From Phoronis australis (Eukaryota; Animalia; Phoronida): a DNA stretch of 64,000 nucleotides. The stretch spans positions 220,415 through 284,414 of the forward strand of contig NMRA01000240.1 of assembly GCA_002633005.1 (NCBI GenBank), in the 5' to 3' direction. Position 1 is the first letter of the stretch. Each line of letters starts with the position of its first letter. Positions 27,275 through 39,683 of the stretch are shown here, piece after piece. The notes beneath the pieces are model-generated. The model was not told where the DNA came from and did not search any database. It saw nothing but the letters and a program-made list of their open reading frames with translations. The position numbers and the translations under genes are program-made.

Positions 27275-28753
27275 AAAGTCAAAAATAAACTAATCAAAGT
27301 TTGGCTCACCGGCCTGTTCACTGGACGACGAACTGTCCTCACTAAGTGTCGAAATAGATCTGTTTTCAATCCGTTTACACAGCATCGCTGCAGGGCTGCT
27401 TACCGACTCTGGGCTGGAACCAACACCAGCACAGGGCGAATCACTGCCAGTTCCCAGAATGGCATGATCTGGGGTACTTTCGGAGGCATGGTTGGCACTG
27501 GGTGAAGGGCCTCCAGTCACTGTAAAGAACTCAGCTCTCGAGGCTTCTCGCTTCAAAAATGCACTGGTGGTAGTGGAAACGGGACACTGCCGGTAATCAA
27601 GAGCGTTGTTTTACAGGAACCTTCATCAAGTCTGCGTGCACATCCCTTTTGTAATCCGACGGTAGGAAATGCTTGCCACCCCCACCGAAATTCTTTGTAC
27701 GTTGCATGAACGGGTAACGCTCTGTTCTTTATACGAACGAGCCAAATATGGCGGAGTGTGTCATTTTTCGGAAAGCGATGCAATTGCATACCCAAAGTGA
27801 GCGTGAGAAAATAATGAGTGTCAGAATAAATATTGATTAACTAATTAGTAAGAATAGATCCATTTTAAGTTACCCATAATTTGTGCATATGTACTTTTAA
27901 ATCATGGGGTGAGACTTGTTGACATGTACTTTAACGTCAAAATCTATTTTTAGATGGTGTTTACAACTTTGGGTTCTGGGGTCAAAGCACTCTAGAGATT
28001 CTAGAATATTCTGAGAACAAATTGTAACAGCCAATAATAGGAGTGGATATGATCATGTGGTTTTTATTAGCCAATCACTAAACAAGTAGAATGTTATATT
28101 ATGGGCTGAAATCAACAAGATAATAATCAACAATTATAGATGCGCTAAAGTAGTTGAAGCATAAATACATGTACTTGCTACGGTGTACAGAGGCAATTGT
28201 ACAACAGAGCCATCTCGTGGAAGATTCTAGAAAGGATGTTGGTAAGGGCAAGGATTAACGAACAGTAAGTTAACTAACAGCTTGTCACTTGCATTGTGGG
28301 TAGTAAGGTACTACCTGAAGTGTTGCGTCAACAGCCAGAGACTGTGACCAGCAACAAGAATCGCGGGTAGAAGAAATTGCCTGCAAGTGTTGCATCACCA
28401 GAGACGGTGACCAGCAAGTACACTGTCGCTATACAGTGTGTGTGTAGTTCGAAGATTCACCAACAGGACAGACATCCAACAAGTGGAGAGTCCTAGCTTG
28501 GATAGCAGATAACACATTTGATTGTTTTGGTTGTTTGATTAAAGCAATCTTTAAAGAGGGAGCTAGTAGATTACTTAATTAACAATAGGTTTCATTTGTC
28601 TAATTAGAGGTCAACATATAATAAATTAATTACTGGATTTGATTATTCACTTTCCATCTACGCACAATCTCAAAGCATAGCTACCTTTTAAACAAACCCA
28701 CAGTCAATCGTCTGACAATGAGCATACCCCGATACGAAACAATCTTGCGGCGT
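27275..28753 (-). pseudogene. Kolobok THAP-transposase N-terminus, split by a solo LTR
   Basis: (T)PQDCFVSGYAH at 28718-28753 continues past the LTR as ...LHRFPKNDTLRHIWLVRIK; collinear with 40130-40691. Confidence 0.8.
27819..28717. mobile_element. Solo LTR (899 bp) with a perfect 5-bp TSD
   Basis: TGTCAGA...TCTGACA termini; ATGAG duplicated at 27814-27818 and 28718-28722. Confidence 0.9.
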
Positions 28754-31599
28754 GTTGAATTATTCCTTAACTAACGCAGACAATGACCGACATTATCAGA
28801 ACCAAAGTAAAGCAATGACTAACTTGACAGCTCTCACAGAATATATGAAAACAAAATGGCTGGAAATTCTTCAACCCCCTAAACGTCACGGGAAGTCGTT
28901 GTTAACAAAAAATATGCCTAGGATAATCAACGAATCGCATTTTTACTAAAAATTACATTAAAAAGGGTTACCTTCTCTTTTCAACTCGCCAATTCCGCAT
29001 CAAAACTGTTACAGCTGTCAAGTTAGAACGCCCACAAACACTGTTTTACGATATGTCAATAAGTTGAGTTAAGAACATCTATTGGTTAATACAAGGTTAC
29101 GAAGAGTCAGGCAACCAATCACAGCATTAGACATCCTCCTCCTGCTCGTTTTCCTGCTGTTATAAGGAATGACCTTTGCGACAGTTGTAACACATCAGTA
29201 TTTTGAACACGGTGGGATTCTTCTCACTTACCCACGAAACATCGGAGAAGCGTGGATATCGCAGAAGTTGGTACAAGAATGTCGCGTGTTGGTGGACATG
29301 ACTCGCTGAAGATGGGTGCATACGTCACACACATGTCCGTGGAGCTGAGAGAATTGATTTCTTTTTTCTTCTATCTCTTTGTTTTTGAGGATATTGAATT
29401 CACGGTTGTTACGTGAAGTGCTATATACATGTAGAAAGGTTTGATAAAGCTGACGCTGAACTCACTGGTCAAAAACATGGTAAAAGGTATTTTAAGCACT
29501 TTAATCGGCGTTCTACAATTGAGTCAAATAGTTATGGCTGGTCGTAAATCTGTGTTTAGCTTCGGATATTTACGACATTTAAGGGCAATTGCATACCAAA
29601 GCAGATACTGGACTTTTTATGCAAAATCACTGATTCTTTTGAAACTTAGCTGACCAGTTGGGCTTGTCTTTTTCATAACGAGTTTCTGGGTTTCTTTAAC
29701 CCTTTTTACGATCACTTTTTACTTTTTCTTAAAAATCGCAAAGAAAAGTACTGGGAAGTTGGTGACTTTTTGTCACCAAAAACACATCATCGTTTCACAC
29801 TATAGCAAAAACGGCGTCATAGCAAGAAAGGAGGAAGAATAAAATACAAAAAAGACTTGTTTGGATGGATATATCAGATAAACATAAAAAAATCAGGAAC
29901 TCCAACAGGGAATCAAGTTATTGGATGGAGTTTTTGTGTGAAAATTTTATTCCATTTTAGCCTACGAAAATGCTATATTAGACCATTTTTACTCATTTTA
30001 TCGTCCTCCCCAATCTATATTGAAACATTTCGAAAACACGAATTAACTTTCATCTGTCACTGCTGCCGTGGTTTAGCGCAACACAAGAATAAAAAATCTG
30101 GTCTCTACCATGGTTTTTGTGCGGTCAATTTTTTACATAATCCACTTACACAGTTTTCCGTCAACATGTCACTGTAAATTAGAGTAAAAAATTCTTGGTG
30201 GCGCTACTCGGCTCTGCAATAATTTATCGAGCAAGATTTCAAACAAACAAACAAATATCATCGCTGACAAAGGAGACCATGGGAAGCTACCGAGAGATTT
30301 TTGTTTACGGATTTTCAGTTTTGCAGGTGCAAAAAGGAAAATCTCTTATACGATTACAGAGCTCAAAAAAGTCAAGTGAAATATACAACCCTTAACCATC
30401 TCATACTTTGGAGAAGCAGGTTTTGTTCTAATGGTGGCCCAAAACACCTGCTTGGTCAGTTTTCGAACACGGTAATGAACTAAGTATTTCATGCACTGCC
30501 TAAAATGCATGTCAGTCCATTATCGGACCCCTAGACAACATCCTGGGTCTGCTCTTGAAAAGATGTGCTCTACTATTAGCAAAGTGCATGCTAAAACTAG
30601 TCAAGTTCTTTTAGAGCACAAGTAAGAATGGAAAACAGTGGATACGAGGAGAGGGGTGTTGCGTATTGCACATAGAAAGTGGTCACACAGTTTCTACCAT
30701 GCATCGAGTGGCAAATGTCCACTGGAATATTTCGGAAAAATGGCAGATAAGGATATTTACGGTTAAAACCTAATACTCTCATTGATATCCAAGCTACCTG
30801 CTTACCACATCAATATTTAAGCACTTGGATATTGCTGCGAATCACCAGCTAAAATTTTCACGGCAAGTAAGCGCCGTTCATGCAACTCAAACCCGCAGTT
30901 CTTTGAAGCTATGCTAAGTTTGCTGTATAAAGCGTTTCCATATGCCACTTTAGAAAACTGCATTTTGTTTGAAGAAAACAAGAGCTACTGGAACACAAAG
31001 ATCATTTTATTTTGCTTAGTGCTCTCGTCCAAAATGCAGAGATCTCAAAATGGTCACTCGCTTAAAGAATCTCACCAGTGACGGAATTAGGGGAGTGCAA
31101 ATATGTGACGGGCAAAATCCTGGCTAATACTCTGCCCTGACCTCCCATAACTCAAAATCCTGGATTCGTCCCTGAATACCTTTAGAATCAACCGCTTTGA
31201 CGAAAGGTGTACTAAACGAGTCTCAAGGTGAACATCAATAAAATACCAATTAAAAGTAACACGATTTTAGTGCTTGCACAGTGTGACCCCGGCCCCTCAT
31301 AGATATGATACTGATGAGTACAATATTAGCAGAAACAGAAATACTGAAGTGTATAAGAGAAATTCATTTAGATCAATATTTAACCCTTAAGTGTCATATT
31401 CAGCATAGCATGACACGAAATTCGATCTTAGCTCGAAGAAGACGCATCTGAACTTACTTTCCCATAGCAAAAAATCCAGAGCTGACTGGCTGTGAGAACC
31501 ACTGCTGAACTGTGAACACTCAACAGCAAAAACTGGCTTTTTTGTGTCAAATACAACTATACTCCTGTTATTTTGAAAAATAGTGGGGTCAACTCAATA

Positions 31600-32110
31600 G
31601 AATAAAATCTCTACAATGCACAGCACCAGAACATCATGAACATGGATATATAAAACACATCGTTCGTAATAAAATTTCCACTTAATGGTTAACCACAGAA
31701 TCAAGCTATCTTGGAAATGGATATGTGGATGTAAGTTAAGCTTAACTTAAACACACTGTTCACAATAAAAATTCTACTGGCAATGCACAACATCAAGATA
31801 ACATGAGTGTGGACACCAACTAAAACACATCGCCCGCAATGAAATCTCTTCTCGCAGTGCACAACATCAAGTTACCATGGGTAACAACTGTAACGTATTT
31901 AACGACCGAAGTCGGAGAACAAAGAATCAAGACTTAATTGAGCTAACAACTAACTTTATTCTGCTCTTTTTGGTGTCGCCACCTTACGGTGTATACATGT
32001 GTGAATGGCAATATCCCACAACAACCAAAACACATCGTCCACAATGAAATCTCTACTCGCAAAGTACAACATCGAGTTAGGATGGATAACAACTAAAACA
32101 CATCGTCAGC
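31600..32110. repeat. Degenerate 65-75-bp minisatellite
   Basis: Recurring AAAACACATCGyccrCAATrAAATCTCTwCTsGCAAtGcACAACATCaAG units. Confidence 0.7.
31889..32020 (-). mobile_element. Short solo LTR (132 bp) inserted in the minisatellite
   Basis: TGTAA...CCACA ends; ACAAC TSD on both sides; AATAAA on the minus strand. Confidence 0.8.
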
Positions 32111-33339
32111 GCATGTTATACTGCTTTTCCACTGGTTCATACTAGTAGTCAACCTCGTCTCTCAAAGCATCGAACTCTACAGCAGTACACTTGAATTCTG
32201 AAGTAGTCTCAAGCTTCAGCGGTACCTTGCACGACCTCAGATGGCTTCTAACCTCATTAAAGCAATTAACCAAGGTCACAATTCCTCCCCTTTCACGCTT
32301 TTTAATGAAAATTCATCAAATGTATAAGAAGGAAATTATCCGGATCCTCCGTATTTTCCAGTGCATATCATCTTGAACATTGAATTGCGGTGTATAAGTT
32401 AAACGAAACGTGAGATGCTCCAGCAAATTGGGGTCTCAAAATTGAAATTAAAGTTTTTTTGATATTTGCATTGGTTATATTAGACCCTCATGTAAGAGTA
32501 CAATGACAATGATAATGACAATTACAATTAGAATGTAAGCCCAGATCACAAAAATACCCAAATTCGAAAGCAACGTTTAGCACTAAGTGTATAAGAAACC
32601 AGGTTTTTTTAAACATTTCTCGAAGTTCAATCTTAGAAATGTCTACACATGAAATTTCAAATTCAAACATTGTTCGATATAGCAGGCACGTTAAGCAAAA
32701 CCTTGCTTAATGGTCTCGGAGTTTTTTACCCTGTTTGAAATTTAATTCTATCTCATAGTTGCAAATGTCATTTTTTTACTAACGTTTAATGAGTCTTTAC
32801 GGCAACCACTGACAAAATTTGTTACCAGTTTTAAAAGTCTGTTTTTTGCTTTTGGTTAAACACAATTCTACTGACATGAAAAAGCAAATTATGCTTTGAT
32901 AGCCAAATAGGTCATAACTCCACAAGCAAAGGCCATTGACTGCAAATATTGCAAAAGTGTACTGTGGGTCAATATTTCAACACATTCACAAAATATTGGT
33001 ACTGTAATAATTTTTGGGTATATAGTTAATTTTCACTTTCTTATGTTTTTATATATAATAATTCTTAATAAAACAGGTTCCATGGCACGACCAGAAGTGA
33101 AGATACCATGGGTGCCTGCGTTAGTTGCTAATAAATGATATTTTGTTCCACGTTCAAATCAACGATATGGGACCTGGTGATTAACATGGACTTTGATGTG
33201 CATTGCAAAAACTGAAACAGGAATCTGGGTAGGCCTATTTACAACCAAAAACAACTCAGCAAAACGTACCGTACCTAATACACAATTATCTCAATTATTA
33301 TTATCGGAACAATGTTCCACATTCAACAGAACTTAACCA

Positions 33340-33725
33340 ATATTCTGTTGAATGTCGAACTTTTTATCATGGCAACTTAACGATTATCGAAAACATTAGT
33401 GACACCCTTGATATTAATAGTAAATAGGAGGGGATCGTGTATGAATACCTAAGGTATCCCATGGCTGACAATGGACATATCTGAATATTGGCAAGTTAGA
33501 CATTACAGTGAGATTCGTCTGAGAAGTAGGACCAGAACCTCTGCGCACTCCACACATTTTCAGGAGATAGCCGTAATGGAACGTGACAAAGGCAATTTGA
33601 AGTTGAAGAGCACATCATCAACGTGTCCCTTTGTCCATACCAGACAACAAGTAATCCGAATAACATCAAACATCAATCAAAGCCGTGGCTGTGGAGAACT
33701 CGGGTCTAAAACCAGACTGATAAGA
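33340..33725 (-). mobile_element. CR1/L2-type LINE reverse transcriptase fragment
   Basis: Minus-strand QSGFRPEFSTATALIDV...DYLLSGMDKG...VSHGIP*...PLLFTINI with disruptions. Confidence 0.65.
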
Positions 33726-35214
33726 AATAACATTATTTTGTGGCAGATGCTCATAAACCTGAGAGAATATAATTCTCTCAAAAGTCTCCATGACAACTGA
33801 TAGTACCGAAATGGGCTTATAATCACCGTATTCATCTCGTTTCATTTTTAAAGAGAAACCTTTTATAGAATGAACAAAATAAGTTCTGTGGAGGCGTGGT
33901 TCATCCTTTCAAGAAGAATGGTTCGTTTTTTACAAATACCAAGAGGTAATGGCTAGAACGTAAGCTCTTCCTTCGTTTCCTCTCAATCCGCATGTGTACT
34001 TGCTCCTAAGACTGATTTGATGGCGCATCCCTTTCGACGTCAGTCGCTATTTTTAAACAGTTCGGAATGTGTAGGCGGCAGTTAATAAAGTCATTTTTCT
34101 AATCGACTGGTTTGAAAGAACATTTGTATGTTTGGCCCTTTAGACCTTAAGTTTCTGGTAAAACTAGGCTTGACAATACCAGAAAATGAATGCTGCGGGG
34201 TTGTTTGGAGAAACTTTCAGAAAGATACGTTTTATCTCTCGAATCTCCAAGTAACGTGAGTGATATGCCATTGCAACTTTATTAAGACACCGACTACAAT
34301 AATTCAAGAATAGAGTTTTTCGTTGTAATGGGCTAATTAAACTGAGTAAAAGTGCTGATCCTAAGGTGGAAGCGTAGGCGACCTTGCCAGATTTTAACGG
34401 CATTGCCGATATTGAAAATGTGCTCTAAAATATAGCTTACGCAGTTGTTATCAGGCTTGTTTACATGGCCATATTAATCGTCATTTGTATCGCTATTTTA
34501 ATCGTCCTTTCGGCATACCGAGAAAAAATTCCAATTTGTTACCAGCTAAATAGTGGATTTTACTAGGCAAGTGTCAAGTAAAATCAAACAGCTGCAATAA
34601 ATCACTCGAGCACTCTGCATATACGTGGTTCACCAAAGCTTACGAGCACCAAGTCTAAAAAATGGGTAACTCGAATTTTTGAGAATATGGACCTTTTACT
34701 AAGAATCACGGGAAACTTTCAGAGCAACCCCCGGGGTGCGGGCTTGCAAAGGTATTCTTCGCAACATTTATTGTCGTTTGAAGCACAAAAAGGATTTTTT
34801 TTATATCATTTCGGAAATGAGGCCAGAGGGAAATTGCATGAGCCGTGGTCGGTTGGGGGCTACTATCCTGCGGGCTTAACTGTAGCGAAGAAATAGCGTA
34901 AAAATGTTCGAGTCTAAATGCTGCTGTTGTGTGTGCCATGCATGAAAAGTTTGGGAAGGTATAATTGTTACCTTTTGACTATCTAGTCGATATCAGTTTT
35001 GAAACTAGTTTCGTTTTAACACTTCTCAGTTACCTGGGATACGCACGTGAATTGGTTTGGTTTTTCTGCTTGTTTTAATTATTTAAAAACACTTGAAATG
35101 GTGCAAAAAAAACGTGAACTCGTGAATTAAACATGGATTTGCGTATTTCTACGTGTAGCCTCCATTAATCGGGGTATTAAAATGTGTCATTAAACGTTGT
35201 TGCTATATTTTCAG

Positions 35215-35352
35215 GGAGCGTTGACGTTGAGTGCAACAAGGGTGGAACGTTGTGCTATGACTCTCTAGCGGTGTGTGAAAAGCACAAAACTGAATCTGCC
35301 AGGTGTGTCTGTCCGGAGGGTTACTACTTGCTGGATAACGCAGTGTGTAAAG
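35215..35352 (+). CDS. Multi-EGF/EB gene, module exon 7 (SVDVECNKGGTLCYDSLAVCEKHKTESARCVCPEGYYLLDNAVCK)
   Basis: Acceptor ttttcag and donor gtatga; 138 nt, phase 1-1, 6 Cys. Confidence 0.9.
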
Positions 35353-35623
35353 GTATGAGCGAGACTCGTTTAAAAGCATCGTGATGTAAGCATGCAATTA
35401 TAAAGTTAGTGAAAGAAATCCCGGGAATTAAGCATCGAGATGGCGAGGACGCGAAACGAAAATAATTATAGGAATTGCATTGTAGCCCAGTAAATAAGCG
35501 TTAGCAATACAGTTTGGTACAACAGATAACATCCCATAATATTTGGGACTAACTACGTCATGATTTAGTAAAATATGGTGTGAATCATCGAATATACTTT
35601 AAGTATTTTGTTATTATTGACAG

Positions 35624-35850
35624 TGAATATGATGGCATGGGAACCGCTCGACGAATTCATAGATACTCAAGACATACAAGATCAGAGCTCGGGAGGTATA
35701 GGAATTTGGATAGGAGTTGCAGTTGGTGCTATAGTGATCGTAGGTTTAGGGTTCTTTGTCTTTAAGTGTGCAACAAAGCAATGTAAAGAAGCTGACGACG
35801 ACAACGATGGCGATGATGATGATGATGACGATGATGCTGATGATTCGTAG
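35624..35850 (+). CDS. Multi-EGF/EB gene, terminal exon: stalk, TM helix, Asp-rich cytoplasmic tail
   Basis: Acceptor ttgacag; phase-1 entry keeps the frame; TM GIGIWIGVAVGAIVIVGLGFFVF followed by KCATKQCKEADDDNDGDDDDDDDDADDS*. Confidence 0.88.
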
Positions 35851-35934
35851 CAGTTGTGACGCGTGCTTGCATGTATGTGACGTTTCTTTATCCCTTTGTG
35901 TTCATAAGTATACAGTGAGAAGGGACAGTGAAGC

Positions 35935-35940
35935 AATAAA
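35935..35940 (+). terminator. Candidate polyadenylation signal of the multi-EGF gene
   Basis: AATAAA 85 nt after the stop codon; another occurs near 36028. Confidence 0.5.
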
Positions 35941-36767
35941 GTTATAAAATGGCATCGTTTTATTATAAAAAGTAAGGTTCTTGCTAGCAACTCATATATA
36001 GAATGATTGACAAAAAATGATTATCGAAATAAAATCAAGAGATCAGAAAGGGCAAATCCTCTATTATCTATCTTTGCGTATATCTCATTTACAACGAAGA
36101 GCAAAATGTGATATTAGGAGAAACATTAGATAAGCCTAAATTTTGTTTAATCTGGTCGCCACTTTATGACTTGAAAATTGAACGGAAGCCTTGAAACCCT
36201 CCATTCCCACCAGAATTGCACACATTTTGGGCCACTGGAAAAAATACCGCTCTTTATGAAAAGAATGTTAAATATTACCACAGAAAATATGAGAAACTGT
36301 GCAATAAAAATGTTAATGAGCCGTCACTTTATGCTTCAACGTGACTTTTGTTGGTTCTTTTATGTGCCATGTGAAACAAATTCGCCAATTTCAATTTTGA
36401 AAAAAATTGCCAAACAATGCACGTTGCAAAAGTCACTGACTGATTTTTTGGCCTCAAACATGAACAAATCCTATGGAATAGCGAATGTGCAAATCAGCCA
36501 TCTTGAATTTGCCGCCGCAGATGCGTTATGGGAAATGTATGCCTCTATCGCTTGGCAACCGATTGTTTACAGTGTTGCCGAGTGTTGTATCAACGAATGT
36601 TTAGCACAGAAGCGGTCAAAAAAGTTATTCTATTTGAATTCGTATCCAAAATTAATATTAAACGAACAACTAGTGCAGGAAGCAAGCAACTGTATTTTAT
36701 TATAGAAATGTTTTGGAAATGAATAAAGTCAACGTTGCCCCACCCCAGCTCCGTTGACTGTAACTAC

Positions 36768-37770
36768 GGGGCCCGGTCTGCAATCTCCGTCAGGCTCATA
36801 CTCATACTCGCGATTTCATACTCAAAATCATGCTCACTGGAGTCGTAGGCCTACTCGAAAAACCGTATTTGATGTCATATTTCGAGTAGACTCCAAACGC
36901 GTACTTAAATCTGAGAATCGTACCGGGCACTCGAGTTGCTATGGAACTCGTCAGTTATGATGTGGAATGCAAAACCACGAAAAATAGCGCTGATTCAGCG
37001 CTCCCTATATTCGCATCGACTACCCTAGCAACTACGTTCCTTATCTCCCGCCGGAAAATGCCTCAAGAAATTTAAAACAGCTTATCAAAGAAAGTCCAGT
37101 CGGCCAGAGCGGAGCAGCCAAAATCTCAGTGTCTGATTTAGTCAGGGGTAATTCTCCCCGGCCTCACTTCACTCATTACTCTTAAAATTGGCATGGTCAC
37201 ACCAACGTTTGGCGGCGTATTGAAATTATCTTTTTCATTAATGCAGTGGTGGGCCGGTGACCCCTGTTCTCTCTTGCATAGAACCCATTGCCGTGTAGGC
37301 CTATGCTGATGTCAAAACTTTGATACTGTATCTTTGCATTTTACCGGGATGTATCAAGTTGGCTGACATTTGGCGCGATAGGTAAAAACACTACATGTAG
37401 TACAACATAGGCAGGCATTCAGAGTTCATCAGTGAACGGGACGAGACGTCTACTCATAAATGGGCAAAAAATATGGAACATCATTCGGGGATTGAGAAAT
37501 TATCGATGACTAAACTATTATGTGAAATCTGACAGGGAAGCAAATTGTTTTCATCAACTTTCTGTAGGAAACCATACAAACCGTTGCACACAAACGTCAA
37601 TCAAGGCAATCCCCACCCCACAGCTGCTTTTGACCCTTGTAATGACTCGTCGACATGCGATTAGCATTCACCAGTTGCCAGGAATCGTAGTAAGAAAAAT
37701 TGGCGGCAATGACTTGCGGTGAGCATGAAGTGTGAGTCTGAGTATGATTTGAGTCTGAGCACGGAGATTG
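36768..37770. mobile_element. Non-autonomous TIR element (Harbinger-like ends)
   Basis: GGGCCCGGTCTGCAATCTCCGT...CTCATACTC at left versus GAGTATGA...ACGGAGATTG at right; the right tip abuts the next MITE. Confidence 0.5.
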
Positions 37771-38019
37771 GGGCCCGTTCCAAGAAACTGACTTAAGTTC
37801 ATTATTGACTTAAGTCTAAGATTTGTCTTAACTTCCAAACTTTGAAACTTCCATATCTAGTAAATTCATCAAAATTAAGCCACAACGTACGTCAAACACT
37901 TAAATCAAGCTTAACATCTCTTTCTTGAAATGATTTTGAGACAAATTGAACTTTTATTTTAAAATTTAGTAAAATTTAGGAATTGTCTTAGCTAAGTCAG
38001 TTTTGTTGGAACGGGCCCC
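37770..38019. mobile_element. Harbinger-like MITE; related copy at about 6887-7088
   Basis: TIRs GGGCCCGTTCCAAGAAACTGACTTA / TAAGTCAGTTTTGTTGGAACGGGCCC. Confidence 0.75.
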
Positions 38020-38274
38020 GGGGCCAGGTAAACTATAAGCACATGTCTTTGATTGTAGCAGCTAAATATAATAATCTCTTTTGTATAGAAACTCTCACGC
38101 TAGACATGCAAACAATCCCAGGGGAACTGGTGTGGGGTTTGTGCATTGAGATATGCACATTCGCTATTAACCAAATGTATCTTCAGACGCTTTTTACACA
38201 AGACTCAGGTCGATGGCTGTGAACTGTGAATTCCGGTTCCCTGACTCTGAAGTATTGCTACAAGTCTTACCTGC

Positions 38275-38405
38275 CTAACGTTCACTAACGCTAGGACCTC
38301 ACTAAAAAGCAACACTTCGCGGGATTACGTGAGATATTGCCGGGTACTTTGAACGAGAACACGTAACTTTGGATAGATTTTAGCGTTACTGAACGCACGC
38401 CTGGA
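38275..38405. repeat. Small palindromic MITE-like repeat; related copy at about 19600-19745
   Basis: CGTTCAsTAACGCTA...TAGCGTTACTGAACG inverted ends in both copies. Confidence 0.6.
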
Positions 38406-39683
38406 TTTACCGTATAGAAGCACACTATAGAGACATCCTTGCTCAGCGCAGTAAACAGAATTAAGCAGTGACCTAATTTGAACTTTTTTGTTAGAACGTA
38501 CGTGAGCACATTTTTGAGCAATAGATGACGCAATCCCCGTGCCATTGACTTTTAAATGTGGTTGCTGGAACAAGACAAGCAGGTATCGATTGATGACACA
38601 GTTTTTAAAAGGTCGTCAACTGGAGACTACCTTGATCAACATTAAACATCTACAAGACAGACAAACAACAAACAACACATAAAACTACCAGGCATGATGC
38701 ACAAACCTTTGTGCATTTGCTGCGTTTTGGATCATGTGCGTTGTCTTAAAAAATGCTCCGCGTGACACGCTAAAAGCAACAATTGTGGCAAAGTGGGTGA
38801 ACGCTATTTTAACAAAATCAAAGGTCAAAAATAGGAGCCGGTCAACCAGTCGTTCACCGGAAAAATTCTCGTAGGAATACGCAACAACACGGTCGCAAAA
38901 GTCCTTGTGATATCAACGTACATGTAGATAGCGATACTGACACGCATGAGTATTTCATGATGCTGACCAATAGCGTTCATGGCTAACACCAGCAGGAACA
39001 CACCCGCGCATTTGTCAAAATCCAGGTACAACTGCAACACACACCAGGAAACGATCAACTCGGTTCGTGCGCTCCAAAATCGACACTGGGACAGAGAGCA
39101 ACACCCATCCGCTACGAGTTTTTCAGATGCATCCTGACATGTTAAACACGGATGGCCAGCCTGACTCGACCGTTGTCAAGCCCATCTGGGAAACCCTCTT
39201 CGCAGCCTATAACGATGCACCGATACAATGCCATGGCAGTATTTCCCTGTTGTGACTTTCGACGAAAGATAAGAAATGACCAAGTTCTCTGTTTATTGAC
39301 GTCAAAGGAGCTGTGATTCTCGGGCTTCCAACGTCGGAGAAATAGGGTATCGTCACGTTTCATCAATCCGTAAAGTCCGTTACCTCTGAGACGCAGCCGA
39401 GTGAAAGTGCACCTGGAAGCCCACCGGTGATCAACAGCGTATCTGAAGTACAGAACTTATATCCAGTATAGTTTGATAAAATGGGTAACTTAGGCTACCT
39501 GACGAAGCAAAGCTATTAGTATCTCCAGAGCAACGCCGTCCCGTTCATCGACCCGCCGCGAAAGTAGTCTATCCACATTAGAGATAAGCTGCGTTTTGAG
39601 TTAGACCGCATGGTCGAGAAGGGCATCATAACCAACGTGACTGAAAGTTCAGACTGGTGTAGCTGCATCACGACAAGTGTTAA

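Larger units (their letters stand above)
20709..28979 (-). mobile_element. Kolobok DNA transposon remnant carrying nested insertions
   Basis: Left end TTAA|GGGAAAAGGCAACATTTTTCATGTCATTTTAGTAAAA; decayed inverted copy at about 28915-28979; THAP-transposase start on the minus strand and KolX-like remnant on the plus strand, convergent. Confidence 0.8.

Noticed and set aside
36178-36705. 175-aa ORF downstream of the EGF gene
   Set aside because: Non-ATG start, no domain pattern and no convincing splice context.
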